A DNA stretch of 64,000 bases. Origin: Candidatus Polarisedimenticolaceae bacterium. Its GTDB lineage: Bacteria; Acidobacteriota; Polarisedimenticolia; Polarisedimenticolales; DASRJG01. Below are positions 8,962 to 18,056 of this stretch, piece by piece. The notes under the pieces are model-generated. The model was not told where the DNA came from. It made no database searches and saw only the letters and a list, made by a program, of their open reading frames with translations. Position 1 is the first letter of the stretch. Every line of letters starts with the position of its first letter. The DNA is taken from positions 201,238 to 265,237 of the forward strand of contig DASUCV010000004.1 of the NCBI GenBank assembly GCA_036275915.1, in the 5' to 3' direction. Position numbers and translations under genes: made by a program.

Positions 8962-11502
8962 TTACCGACTCAGGACGACGCTTCCGGTCTTGCGCACCCG
9001 GACGGTGTTCCCGTTCACGTCGTCGAGCGAGGACGCATCGACGGCGACGGAAGCCGGCCCCGAGCTGAGCGGCTTGGGCGCTCCGACGGCCACGGCCGTC
9101 CACGCGGTGGTTCCAGTGCACGACACCGACACGTCGAACGTCGCGACGGTCGTCCGCTGCCGAATCACCCCATGGAGGGCAACGACCGCCGGCTTGGAGC
9201 ATGTAACCTGGCCACCCACGGAAGCTTCACTGGTCTGCGGGTCGAAGGAGCACGCGGCATTCAACTTCAAGCCGAGGTCGAGCAGAGTGCGGGCGTCGAC
9301 CGAGAATCGCAAGACAGGCGGAGAGTCGTTGGCATCGGCGTCGACCATGAGGTAGTAGGTCTTGCCCTTCTTGCCTTCGAAGGTCAACGCCGTGTGCTCG
9401 CAACCGATGCGATGGAGCGCCCCGCGCGAGCCCGTCCACGCGGAGACGGACGCCGCGTAGTCGCTCCCGGCGGTGCTCGCGGTCACCTGCGCGTGCGCCG
9501 GCATCTTCAGCACGTACCACACCGTGCGCATGCGACCACCGCAGCTCTTGGGGTCGTCCCTCCCGACCCACGCACCGCTCGTGTCGACCTCGTCCACGAA
9601 CGGCGTGGCGGTGATTCGCGTCGCGTCGTGGATGTCGTCGTTTGCGGGTCGTGGCGGGATGGTCGAGGCGGCCGCGACGCGAAAAACGTTTGCGCCCCCT
9701 TGCACGAGGAAGTAGTAGGTGTGCACCGCCGTGGCATCGAATCGGATGCCACCGTTGCCGCAAGCGATCTTCTGGAGCGCTCCCTTTTCGCCGATGTAGA
9801 CCGCGATCATCGATCCTTGCGGACCGCTCAGGCCGGCGGTTGCGATGACCGACACCGCCTTCGCCGGGTGGAACGCGTACCACGCGGAAGCGACTCCGTA
9901 GCCGGGACAGAAGTAGTCGAAGGGATCGTCGATGCCGACCGTGGCCCCGCTCGTATCCATCGTGTACTCGAACGGAAGTGACGAGAACGCGATCGCGTCC
10001 TCGATCTCGTCGTTCTTGAGCCGGACCTGGATGCGCGTGAGGCTGCGATCGACGTCGCCGAGCGCGTCCTGCGCGGCGAGCCGCACCGTGTAGCGGCCGA
10101 TCTGCCCCACGGAAGGCGTCCAGCTGAGCGTCCCGGTGTCGTCCCCGTTGTCGGTGAACGAAGCTCCCGGCGGCAAATCGGACGCGCTCAAGCTGACCGG
10201 ATCGGCCCCCTTGTGATGCGCCCTCACGTCGACGCTGAGCGCGCGATCCTCCGCCACCGACGACATCTCCGGCGCGGTGACGAGGAGCGGCACGTCCGCG
10301 TTGATGCGAAGCTCTCCGTGGAGCGCCGCGGTGGCCCCGTCGCAGTGCTGCTCGAACGTCGTCCAGAATGACGCGATGTCGGTCACCGGTCCGTACTGGA
10401 TTTGCTTCACGTCGAAGCTTCCGTCCACCGTGGAGCAGTAGTGGTCGCCTCGCGCCAGGAGACCCGGCATGGAAGGATCCTGCGCGGGGAACATCGTCGC
10501 CCCCGCGTAGGTGCCCACACCGAGGGGCACGGAAAACGGTGCCCCGAATTGAAGCTGCCACGATTGTGAGTAATCGGGGAGGTACAGAAAGAGAGTGTCG
10601 ATACCCGCCCTCGAATTCTTCTCCGTGGTGTAACGGCCGTCGCCGGCGTTGAAGAACGCCAAACGCCCCTCCCCCGCGGGATCGCCCGGCTCGCTCTCGA
10701 TGTAGAGCGACGTCGTCCCGAGGACCTCGATTCTCGTCGTGGTCTCGTCGATGTCTCCGGCGCCGTTGTCCGCGCGGAAGCTCACGTCGTACTTCCCGTA
10801 GCGGTCGAATCCGGGGGTCCAGGAAAAGGTTCCCGTGCCGTCGCCGTGGTCGATGAACGCCGCATCCGACGGCAATCCAGCCGCGGTCAGCGCGACCGGG
10901 CGCCCTTCGACGTCGGTCGCAGAGACGTCGAACCGCAGCGGCGCGTCCCGGTCGACGATCTCGCCCAGCGGGGCCGTCAGCGCGACGACGACGTCTGCGT
11001 TGAACCTGAGCTCGCCCCGCAGTGCCGGCCGCTGGCCCGCGCAACGCTGCTCGAACACCGCCCAGAAGGACGTCGCATTGCCCGCATCGTCGTAGACCGC
11101 TTCCTTTACCTGGAAGCTTCCTCGGATACGGTCGCAACCGCCGTTCCGACCGTAGACCACGAGCCCCGGCACACTATCGTCCCAGTAGGGCGGCCACGCG
11201 TCGCGGTAGGTGCCGACGGCCGGCAGCTCGCGCGCCAACCCCGTGAACTGCAGAACCCACTCCGTCCGGTAGTCGGGCGTCTCGAAGAGGAAAGACGCCC
11301 CGCCGTACAGGACGCTCAAAGTTCCGTCCGCCGGCGTGTAGAACAGATTCTGACCGTCGCCGGCGGACGCCCCCGGTTCGCTCACGAGACGCAGGGACGT
11401 CTCCGCCGCGAACGACCGGCCGCGGGCCGCAACGAGCAAGAGGAGCGTGAGCGCCAGCACCCAGCCGGCGCGCCTGGAATGACCGCTCTTCGGGGCCCGC
11501 AT
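8962..11502 (-). CDS. Large secreted multidomain protein with an internal roughly 245-aa tandem duplication, cadherin-like Ig segments and two PPC-like domains
   Basis: Signal peptide AGWVLALTLLLLVAARG. Two repeats share ...FWxxFEQxCxGxxxALxGELRxNADV...GTxSWTP.... Two NDxIxDA...VWY... domains follow. Confidence 0.8.
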   Translation of the reverse strand: MRAPKSGHSRRAGWVLALTLLLLVAARGRSFAAETSLRLVSEPGASAGDGQNLFYTPADGTLSVLYGGASFLFETPDYRTEWVLQFTGLARELPAVGTYRDAWPPYWDDSVPGLVVYGRNGGCDRIRGSFQVKEAVYDDAGNATSFWAVFEQRCAGQRPALRGELRFNADVVVALTAPLGEIVDRDAPLRFDVSATDVEGRPVALTAAGLPSDAAFIDHGDGTGTFSWTPGFDRYGKYDVSFRADNGAGDIDETTTRIEVLGTTSLYIESEPGDPAGEGRLAFFNAGDGRYTTEKNSRAGIDTLFLYLPDYSQSWQLQFGAPFSVPLGVGTYAGATMFPAQDPSMPGLLARGDHYCSTVDGSFDVKQIQYGPVTDIASFWTTFEQHCDGATAALHGELRINADVPLLVTAPEMSSVAEDRALSVDVRAHHKGADPVSLSASDLPPGASFTDNGDDTGTLSWTPSVGQIGRYTVRLAAQDALGDVDRSLTRIQVRLKNDEIEDAIAFSSLPFEYTMDTSGATVGIDDPFDYFCPGYGVASAWYAFHPAKAVSVIATAGLSGPQGSMIAVYIGEKGALQKIACGNGGIRFDATAVHTYYFLVQGGANVFRVAAASTIPPRPANDDIHDATRITATPFVDEVDTSGAWVGRDDPKSCGGRMRTVWYVLKMPAHAQVTASTAGSDYAASVSAWTGSRGALHRIGCEHTALTFEGKKGKTYYLMVDADANDSPPVLRFSVDARTLLDLGLKLNAACSFDPQTSEASVGGQVTCSKPAVVALHGVIRQRTTVATFDVSVSCTGTTAWTAVAVGAPKPLSSGPASVAVDASSLDDVNGNTVRVRKTGSVVLSR

Positions 11503-11642
11503 CGTTGGCTGTATTCTGACCGACCTTCGCCGTCCGATGACGACCGATTCGGTCCGCCGATCCCCCTCACCTCACGACGGATTCGGAGCGTGATTGCGCA
11601 GTCATACGGAAAACCGGCGTACCGATCAACCAGAATCTGCCT

Positions 11643-13382
11643 TCAGTGGAGGTCGTAGTAGTAGGTCTTCCCGTCGTCGAGCCCCGGCTCGTCGTACGAG
11701 GTGACGACCTGGTGATCGATGAGCGTCATCACGTTCACCTTGAAATCGGGATCCTCCGCACGTCGCAGCGTGTACGGTGCGGTCCCTCCGGTCCACGTCA
11801 GGTGAACGCTCCCGGCGCGCTTGCCGATATGGAGCTGGATCGGCGGCGCTCCGAACCCCAGGACACGACCGTCGCGCGTGCCGACATAGACGCGGCCGAA
11901 TCCGATCCCCGGCGGGTTGAACTTCGACCCGGTTCCGACCGGAGCGGCGTACCGCAGCACCGGTGCCCCACCGGTGGGGACGGCATCGTAGGCCCGCAGC
12001 TCCGCGCCGGCCCCGGATTCGTCGGCCATGTAGACGATCCAAACGAGCGCGGATCCACTCTGCATGCCGTTGCTCGTCACGACGGTCGAGCTGGACCCGA
12101 AACCGAAGTCGTCCGCCGAGCTCGCCACGAGCGTGAAGGTCGGCGTGCCGTTGTGGTCGGTCGCGAGCTTCATGACGCGCAGGGGTGAGCTCTCCAGGCC
12201 GCTCGTCGGGAAGTAGACGTACCCTCCGTCCCCCGGCCAGCACGATGGACGTGCCCAAACGCCGCCGAGCCCCGGGATCTCGTCGAGGACATCGTCCCCT
12301 TGGTTCGTCCCCTCCTGGCAACCGCCGAGATGATCGCGGTTCAACACGTAGAGGAGCCCCTCCTTGCCGATCTCGAGCGCGACGTGCGGGTACTTCGCCG
12401 TCCCGAAGTCGTCCGGAAGGGCGATCGGCCCTCCCGAGCCGAGGTCGGTATCGGAATAGTCCAGCGTCGGCCCGTCCCACGCCGAGAAGAAATCCGTGGC
12501 CGCGAGCGTTCCGTCCGCCTGAACGTTCAGCCTCACGACCGATTGGCCGAGGTCCGCCGGAGGCGCGTCGCCGGGGATCGGCTGCCCGGGCGAACCGCCG
12601 TTGCCGGTCGCCACGATGAGACGTCCCGGACCGTCGGAGACGATCCCTCCCCCGGACTGCCAGATCGCCGCCCCGTCGCCGCCCAGGGTTCCGCGAGACG
12701 TCCACAGCGCCTTGAGCTCGCCGCTCGTCGACACGCCGGCGATCCAACCCTGCCACGGCGACGTATCGCAAATCCCGCCGAACCCGGCGTACACGACGCC
12801 GTCCATGAGGAGGAGGCCCGTCCGCTGGAGCTCGTACGTCGCGCCGAAGACCTGCTCGCTGTTCTGGGCCTTCCCCGCGATCGCAACGGGGAAGCTCGGC
12901 CGCTCCACGCCCGTGATCAGGTCGACCGCATGAGCGAAATAGGCCGCCGGCCCCGACGTCCCGCTCGCGTACGTCTTGGAGAAGAAGTACGCCGTGTTCG
13001 TCGCCTCATCGACGACCGGCGTGCCCGTGATACCGATCCACGGCGCGAGATCCGGACATTCGATGTCCGCTGCTTTCCATGGCTGCGCGACCTGCCGGCG
13101 CCAGAGGACCGCCCCGGATTCCGGATCGATCCGATAGATCCAATTCTCCTCGGTCGCCACGAACAGCGACCGGTTGATCACCAGCGGCTGCGCGTAGACC
13201 TGCCCCTGAATCTGGATGTTGAACCGCTGACTGAAGCCCCCGCCGGCGACGAACGACGGCGCGAGCCACGCCTGGTCCGGATACCACCCCGTGCGCCGAT
13301 CATCGGCGGCGTTCGTCACACCCGCGGCACGCGCCGAGAGCGGAATCGCGAGCGCGAGGACGACGACAACCGTTCGTCTCAT
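11643..13382 (-). CDS. Secreted PQQ-like beta-propeller repeat protein with a C-terminal FN3-like domain
   Basis: Signal MRRTVVVVLALAIPLSARA. Motifs YAQPLV, WIYRIDPESGAVLW, GGIVSD and LYVLNRDHLGG are typical of PQQ-repeat propeller proteins. The tail reads HLTWTGGTAPYTLRR...GKTYYYDLH. Confidence 0.85.
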   Translation of the reverse strand: MRRTVVVVLALAIPLSARAAGVTNAADDRRTGWYPDQAWLAPSFVAGGGFSQRFNIQIQGQVYAQPLVINRSLFVATEENWIYRIDPESGAVLWRRQVAQPWKAADIECPDLAPWIGITGTPVVDEATNTAYFFSKTYASGTSGPAAYFAHAVDLITGVERPSFPVAIAGKAQNSEQVFGATYELQRTGLLLMDGVVYAGFGGICDTSPWQGWIAGVSTSGELKALWTSRGTLGGDGAAIWQSGGGIVSDGPGRLIVATGNGGSPGQPIPGDAPPADLGQSVVRLNVQADGTLAATDFFSAWDGPTLDYSDTDLGSGGPIALPDDFGTAKYPHVALEIGKEGLLYVLNRDHLGGCQEGTNQGDDVLDEIPGLGGVWARPSCWPGDGGYVYFPTSGLESSPLRVMKLATDHNGTPTFTLVASSADDFGFGSSSTVVTSNGMQSGSALVWIVYMADESGAGAELRAYDAVPTGGAPVLRYAAPVGTGSKFNPPGIGFGRVYVGTRDGRVLGFGAPPIQLHIGKRAGSVHLTWTGGTAPYTLRRAEDPDFKVNVMTLIDHQVVTSYDEPGLDDGKTYYYDLH

Positions 13383-13469
13383 CGAAGGTCCCTCTTGCGA
13401 GTAGACCTCGTGGGCAGCGCCGGAGTTTAGTGCGAAACCAATGGAAATGCGATTTCGCGGCCGCCGCGA

Positions 13470-13658
13470 TCAGGCGCGGCGCAGGCTCACGGCGAGCTTC
13501 CCGTCGCGGCCGCGACGCACCGTCATCTGCCAGGGCTCGCAGCACACTTCGCAATCCTGGACCATCTCACCGACGGACTCGGGGTCGAGGAAGACGGACT
13601 GCCACTCCCCGCAGTAGGGGCACTGGACGGAAACTTCGTCTTCCGCAGGCTCGGACAT
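13470..13658 (-). CDS. CPXCG-motif cysteine-rich small protein
   Basis: MSEPAEDEVSVQCPYCGEW...CEVCCEPW. ATG at 13656-13658. The upstream part of ORF 13470..13706 is probably not translated. Confidence 0.75.
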   Translation of the reverse strand: MSEPAEDEVSVQCPYCGEWQSVFLDPESVGEMVQDCEVCCEPWQMTVRRGRDGKLAVSLRRA

Positions 13659-13738
13659 CGAAGGACCCTCGTGGAGACTCGGTGGTCCTCCCATTCTCAA
13701 CCTCACGGCTCTTCGTCGCCAAAGCGATGATGCGGGAT

Positions 13739-13813
13739 TGGTGAGCCGTGCTGGATTTGAACCAGCGACCCTCAGCTTAAGAGGCTGGTGCTCTACCCCT
13801 GAGCTAACAGCCC
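13739..13813 (-). tRNA. tRNA-Lys(CUU): tRNA-Lys (anticodon CUU), CCA encoded
   Basis: The reverse complement reads GGGCTGTTAGCTCAGGGGTAGAGCACCAGCCTCTTAAGCTGAGGGTCGCTGGTTCAAATCCAGCACGGCTCACCA. The anticodon loop is CT-CTT-AA. Confidence 0.9.
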
Positions 13814-13944
13814 ACGCAATGTGCGCTCAGGGAAGCACTCACAATTCTTGGAAGTCGCCCCAGCGTCGGCCAAGCGACTTGACCCTGCCCGGCGATCGGC
13901 GTAAGACAACGCACAACGGTTGTCGACGCAAGGGGGAGGACACC

Positions 13945-16900
13945 ATGGGCCCCTCGAGAGGTCTCGCGTCTCTCCTCGTCGTGGCTTCACTCGGTGCGGC
14001 AAGCTTCGCCGCGCTCTCGCCGGCAACGGACGATCGCGTCGCCGCGCGGCGCGCGGTCGAGCAGGTCTACTGGAATCACCGGCTGTGGCCCGATGACAAT
14101 CCGCAGGCCAAGCCGATGTTCGATCAGGTCGTTCCGGACTCGGCCGTCCGTGCGCGTGTCGAGGAGACGTGGCGCAAGGCCGCCGCCCTCGAGGTTCTCA
14201 GCGGCCGGCCGGTCACCCCCGCGATGCTTCAGGTCGAGCTCGACCGCATGGCGCGATCGACGCGAGCGCCGCTCGTCCTTCGCGAGATCTTCGACGCCTT
14301 GGGAAACGATCCGGCCCGGATCGTCGACGCCGTAGTGCGTCCCGCGCTGACCGAGCGTCTCCTGCGCGAGGCCTACGGCGACGGGTTCGACGCATGGTGG
14401 AACGACGTGCGGATGACCTTCGCCGCGGCGCCTTCTCCTCTGTCCTCGGCGGAATTCGTCCTCCCGACGATCGGTGGCGACGCGTGTACGCCTCTTGCGT
14501 GGGAGCCGACGTGCTGCGCCGATGGTCCGCCTGACGGCGCGACGGGCGCGCAGGCGGTATGGACGGGCTCGGAGATGATCGTCTGGGGCGGGGCGAGCGC
14601 GGCGGTGAATGCGCCGCTCGGCAAGCGATACGACCCGGCAACGGACACGTGGACCGCGATGGCGGTCGCCAACGAGCCGAGCGCGCGTATCCAGCACACC
14701 GCCGTCTGGACGGGGAGCGAGATGATCGTGTGGGGCGGGGGTGCCCCCGACGGAAGCGCGGCGCTCGGTACCGGCGGACGGTACAACCCGTCCACCGACA
14801 CGTGGGCCTCGACCTCGACCGCAGGAAGCGCGCCTTCGCCGCGCGGGTTGCACACCGCAGTGTGGACCGGGACCCGCATGATCGTTTGGGGAGGCGGTGA
14901 AGGCTCGGTCGATCTGCGCACGGGAGCGCGGTACGACCCGGCGACCGATAGCTGGGCCGCGACTTCCGTTGCGGGCCAAGCGCCCGACGCTCGACATGCG
15001 CACACCGCGGTGTGGACCGGATCACGGATGATCGTGTGGGGTGGAAATAGCAGTTCGGTCGGCCTGCTCGCCACGGGTGCCCTGTACGACCCCGCGGCCG
15101 ATACATGGAGTGCGACCAAGCCGCAGGGAGCGCCGGGGGCGCGATACGCTCACACCGCAGTGTGGACCGGGACCGTGATGATCGTCTGGGGCGGCCTGGA
15201 TAGCCTGGGAAGCGGCATCAACTCGGGCGGTCGCTACGACCCCGCGCAGAACAAGTGGACCGCGACGTCGACGGGAGCGGGCGTGCCGACCGGGCGGTTC
15301 TCGCACACGGCGGTGTGGACGGGAACGCGGATGCTGATCTGGGGTGGCAACGACAATGGGCCCGCTCACCAGCTCGGGGACGGGGCCCGGTACGACCCGG
15401 CTTCGGATACCTGGACTTCCATGTCGCTCGCGGGAGCGCCGGCGGCCCGCAGGTCCCACGTCGGCGTCTGGACCGGGACGCGGCTCGTCGTGTGGGGAGG
15501 CGAGACGGGGTTCAGCTCCGTCGAGCGCCTCGACAGCGGAGGACGGTACGACCCGGTGGCGGACACGTGGCTCCCGACGCGCACCAATCCTTCCGATCCG
15601 AAGCGAACGTCCCATACGGCGACCTGGACCGGGGCCGAGCTGATCGTCTTCGGGGGGATCCGGAGCTTCACCACCTCCCCTGCTCAGGTCGCGGATCCCC
15701 GGCGTTATGACCCGGCGACCGACACCTGGTCGATGACCGCGTCGACGAACGTTCCGTCGATACGGAGCGGACACATTGCGGTGTGGACCGGATCCGAAGT
15801 CATCGTCTGGGGCGGCACGAACGGCACGGACCTCGGCGACGGCGGGCGCTACGACCCGGCGGCGGATACCTGGACGCCGATTCCCGCCGCCGGCGGACCG
15901 TCGCCGCGCAGCGGCCACACCGCCGTTTGGACCGGAGCGCGGATGGTGATCTGGGGCGGCGGAGCGAGCACGAACACCGGGGCGCTCTACGATCCCGGAA
16001 GCGGGAGCTGGTCGACGACCTCGGTGGGGGCGAATGTGCCCAGCGGGCGTTCCGGGCATTCGGCCGTCTGGACGGGCCACGAGATGGTCGTCTGGGGCGG
16101 AGGCACGGCGAACACCGGTGGGCGTTACATCCCGGCGCAGGATGCATGGCTTCCGACTTCCACCGCCGGCGCGCCGTCTGGACGTCAGTATCACACCGCG
16201 GTCTGGACCGGATCGAAGATGATCATCTGGGGCGGCCTCGTAGGTCCCGGCAACACGAGCACCGGTGGCGCGTACGACCCGTTCAACGATGCCTGGACGC
16301 CGACCTCGCTCGCGAGCGGTGTCCCCACGGGCCGCTCCAACCACGCGGCCGCGTGGACCGGAACCGAGATGGTGGTCTGGGGCGGCAACTCGTCGGGAAC
16401 GATGCTGGGCGACGGAGGGCGTTACGACCCCGCGACCGACTCTTGGACCCCGATCGGCGCCGGCGCGACGTCGCCCTCGCCGCGCCGCGGACACTCGGCG
16501 AGCTGGATCGGCACCGAAGTGCTCGTCTGGGGCGGCGACGACGGAAACGAGTTCTTCAACACGGGCGCGGGACTCTGCCTCGACTCCTGCGCCTCGCCCG
16601 GTTTCTGGTATCCCGACGTCGACGGCGACGGGTTCGGTGCGATCGGCGTCACGGTGCAGGCCTGCAACGCGCCGGCCGGCTACGTGATGACGAGCGGCGA
16701 CTGCGATGATCGGCGCCCCGAGATCCATCCGGGCGCCGCCGAGATCTGCAACGCGCTGGACGACAACTGCGACGGCACGGTGGACGAAGGCTTTCCGGTC
16801 GCAGGATCGCCCGGACTCCTCGTGAACCACGCCGGGGACTCGGCGCTCCTGTCATGGAGCCCCGCCGGTGGCGTGGCCTTCGACGTCGAGGATGGGGTCA

Positions 16901-17136
16901 TCGAGTATCTCAAGTCGTTCGGGACGTTCACCTACTCGTGCCAGCTCGGAGTCGTGTCGAATTACGCGGGGACCTCGGTCACCGATCCACGTGTCAACGG
17001 CGTCGGCCAAACGCTCTACTACCTCGTCCGCGGTCATAGCTGCAGCGGCGCCATCGGGAGCTGGAGCAGCGGCGCGCCGTCCGAGCTGGCCGGACGCGAT
17101 TCCGAGCTGTCCGTCCCGCACGGGACGTGTCCCTGA
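13945..17136 (+). CDS. Secreted Kelch-repeat paralog E: signal peptide, conserved N-domain, 14 Kelch-like blades, one MopE-like Cys motif, C-terminal ...CP module
   Basis: AGGGGGAGGA RBS before ATG 13945. MGPSRGLASLLVVASLGAASFA signal. EQVYWNHRLWPDDNP N-domain. 14 occurrences of the (H)TAVWTGxxMIVWGG blade signature. YPDVDGDGFG...[25 protein letters not shown]. Ends PHGTCP. The first 69 codons of ORF 13738.. overlap the tRNA and were rejected. Confidence 0.9.
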   Translation: MGPSRGLASLLVVASLGAASFAALSPATDDRVAARRAVEQVYWNHRLWPDDNPQAKPMFDQVVPDSAVRARVEETWRKAAALEVLSGRPVTPAMLQVELDRMARSTRAPLVLREIFDALGNDPARIVDAVVRPALTERLLREAYGDGFDAWWNDVRMTFAAAPSPLSSAEFVLPTIGGDACTPLAWEPTCCADGPPDGATGAQAVWTGSEMIVWGGASAAVNAPLGKRYDPATDTWTAMAVANEPSARIQHTAVWTGSEMIVWGGGAPDGSAALGTGGRYNPSTDTWASTSTAGSAPSPRGLHTAVWTGTRMIVWGGGEGSVDLRTGARYDPATDSWAATSVAGQAPDARHAHTAVWTGSRMIVWGGNSSSVGLLATGALYDPAADTWSATKPQGAPGARYAHTAVWTGTVMIVWGGLDSLGSGINSGGRYDPAQNKWTATSTGAGVPTGRFSHTAVWTGTRMLIWGGNDNGPAHQLGDGARYDPASDTWTSMSLAGAPAARRSHVGVWTGTRLVVWGGETGFSSVERLDSGGRYDPVADTWLPTRTNPSDPKRTSHTATWTGAELIVFGGIRSFTTSPAQVADPRRYDPATDTWSMTASTNVPSIRSGHIAVWTGSEVIVWGGTNGTDLGDGGRYDPAADTWTPIPAAGGPSPRSGHTAVWTGARMVIWGGGASTNTGALYDPGSGSWSTTSVGANVPSGRSGHSAVWTGHEMVVWGGGTANTGGRYIPAQDAWLPTSTAGAPSGRQYHTAVWTGSKMIIWGGLVGPGNTSTGGAYDPFNDAWTPTSLASGVPTGRSNHAAAWTGTEMVVWGGNSSGTMLGDGGRYDPATDSWTPIGAGATSPSPRRGHSASWIGTEVLVWGGDDGNEFFNTGAGLCLDSCASPGFWYPDVDGDGFGAIGVTVQACNAPAGYVMTSGDCDDRRPEIHPGAAEICNALDDNCDGTVDEGFPVAGSPGLLVNHAGDSALLSWSPAGGVAFDVEDGVIEYLKSFGTFTYSCQLGVVSNYAGTSVTDPRVNGVGQTLYYLVRGHSCSGAIGSWSSGAPSELAGRDSELSVPHGTCP

Positions 17137-17154
17137 GGGTGGCGCAGGGACACG
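17126..17154. terminator. 10-bp inverted repeat (CGTGTCCCTG / CAGGGACACG, 9-nt loop) spanning the stop codon of paralog E
   Basis: Read directly from the sequence. The left arm is the Cys-Pro-stop codons of gene E. The right arm is the reverse-complemented Cys-Pro end of a relic paralog. There is no U-tract, so a terminator role is inferred only. Confidence 0.35.
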
Positions 17155-17197
17155 GACTCGAATTCGGCCTCGGCGCCCCCGCGCTGTGAACGCGTCG
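17145..17197 (-). pseudogene. Relic of the 3' end of a minus-strand Kelch/TSP3 paralog
   Basis: CAGGGACACGGACTCGAATTCGGCCTCGGCGCCCCCGCGCTGT matches the 3' ends of genes A-D (TTAGGGACACGGGTTCGCGTTCGGCCTCGGCGTCCCCGCGCTGT). It would encode ...SAGAPRPNSSPCP but has no stop codon and no upstream body. Confidence 0.45.
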
Positions 17198-17239
17198 TCG
17201 TCAGTCCTCGCCGAGAAACTCGGTCGCTTCCCGCGATTC

Positions 17240-17314
17240 TGGTGAGCCGTGCTGGATTTGAACCAGCGACCCTCAGCTTAAAAGGCTGGTGCTCTACCCC
17301 TGAGCTAACGGCCC
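17240..17314 (-). tRNA. tRNA-Lys(UUU): tRNA-Lys (anticodon UUU), CCA encoded
   Basis: The reverse complement reads GGGCCGTTAGCTCAGGGGTAGAGCACCAGCCTTTTAAGCTGAGGGTCGCTGGTTCAAATCCAGCACGGCTCACCA. It differs from the 13739 copy only at position 5 and at anticodon position 34. Confidence 0.9.
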
Positions 17315-17354
17315 ACGCAATGTGCGCTCAGGGTAGCACCGCGACGACAGACCC

Positions 17355-17861
17355 TCACGACCCCGAGCGCCACGCGATCGTTCCATCGAGCGTGCAGGTC
17401 TCGGTTCCGGAGCCGTCGGTCATCGTGAAGCCCTTCAGGGTGAGACGATCGGAGGTGGAATCCGAGCGGAACGTCGCCGGCCCGCACGCCTTCGGCGTTC
17501 CGACGCCGCACACCGTGTTGCCGTCCACGACCTCATCGAAGTTCGGCGAGTAATGCCACCACGAATGGTCGACCCACAGCACGGCGTGGCTCGAGTGGTC
17601 GATCACGACGATCACGTCGTGAACCGTCTGCCCGACGGCCTGGCTCATGTACAGCTCGTCCCTCGTCGCGTCGACCACGCTGAGATCGGCGTAACCGTCG
17701 AGCTGCCCGTCGCCGCTCGACGGCTGCGATGCCGAGACCGTCAGCATGTCAGGGGTAGGGCTCGTATCCATAAGTTGGTTGGCGCCCACGCACCCGGCCA
17801 GGACGAGGAGCCCCGCTCCTAGAGACACCTTGGTCAGGACTCGTCGTATCTGAGGCGTCAT
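17355..17861 (-). CDS. Lipoprotein, hypothetical (paralog 1)
   Basis: Lipobox GLLVLAGC. Ends ...GTETCTLDGTIAWRSGS. Shares DHS-H and CTLDG..AWR motifs with the 18057 gene. Confidence 0.75.
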   Translation of the reverse strand: MTPQIRRVLTKVSLGAGLLVLAGCVGANQLMDTSPTPDMLTVSASQPSSGDGQLDGYADLSVVDATRDELYMSQAVGQTVHDVIVVIDHSSHAVLWVDHSWWHYSPNFDEVVDGNTVCGVGTPKACGPATFRSDSTSDRLTLKGFTMTDGSGTETCTLDGTIAWRSGS

Positions 17862-17987
17862 GGCAGAAATGTACGAAGGCTATTGCGCCGAGAGCGCTGC
17901 CAATTCACGAGCTCACAGCGCGTCAAACCCATCGCCCGAGACGACAATGCCGAAAGGCCGTCTAGGGGCGCGATCGCCAGGTCTCGC

Positions 17988-18056
17988 TCACGATCCCGTC
18001 GCCCACTCGATCGTCCCATCGAGTGTCGAGGTCTGGAAGTTTTGCTCGCGTGCCGT
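17988..18056 (-). pseudogene. Post-stop duplicate of the lipoprotein C-terminal tail (relic of a third paralog, or a readthrough extension)
   Basis: In frame directly after the TGA of gene 18057..18581: TAREQNFQTSTLDGTIEWATGS-stop. Compare the tail of gene 17355, TETCTLDGTIAWRSGS-stop. Nucleotide similarity to 17355-17400 is visible. Confidence 0.4.

Noticed and set aside
13383-13676. Shared GAGGG(A/T)CCTTCGATG translation-initiation context upstream of both the 11643..13382 and 13470..13658 genes.
   Set aside because: It is short (about 15 nt) and is largely explained by an RBS plus spacer. It is probably coincidental.
13879-13907. Sigma70-like promoter TTGACC-17 nt-TAAGAC upstream of Kelch E. 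A similar TTGACT...CATAAA lies at about 8457-8490.
   Set aside because: The -10 matches are weak and this is an unknown phylum with unknown promoter consensus. The evidence is not enough to list them as features.
13738-13944. N-terminal extension of the Kelch E ORF (MVSRAGFEPATLSLRGWCSTPELTAH...), and the similar ORF 17242..17553.
   Set aside because: The extension is the translation of the antisense strand of the tRNA-Lys genes. A strong RBS plus ATG at 13945 followed by a signal peptide gives the real start.
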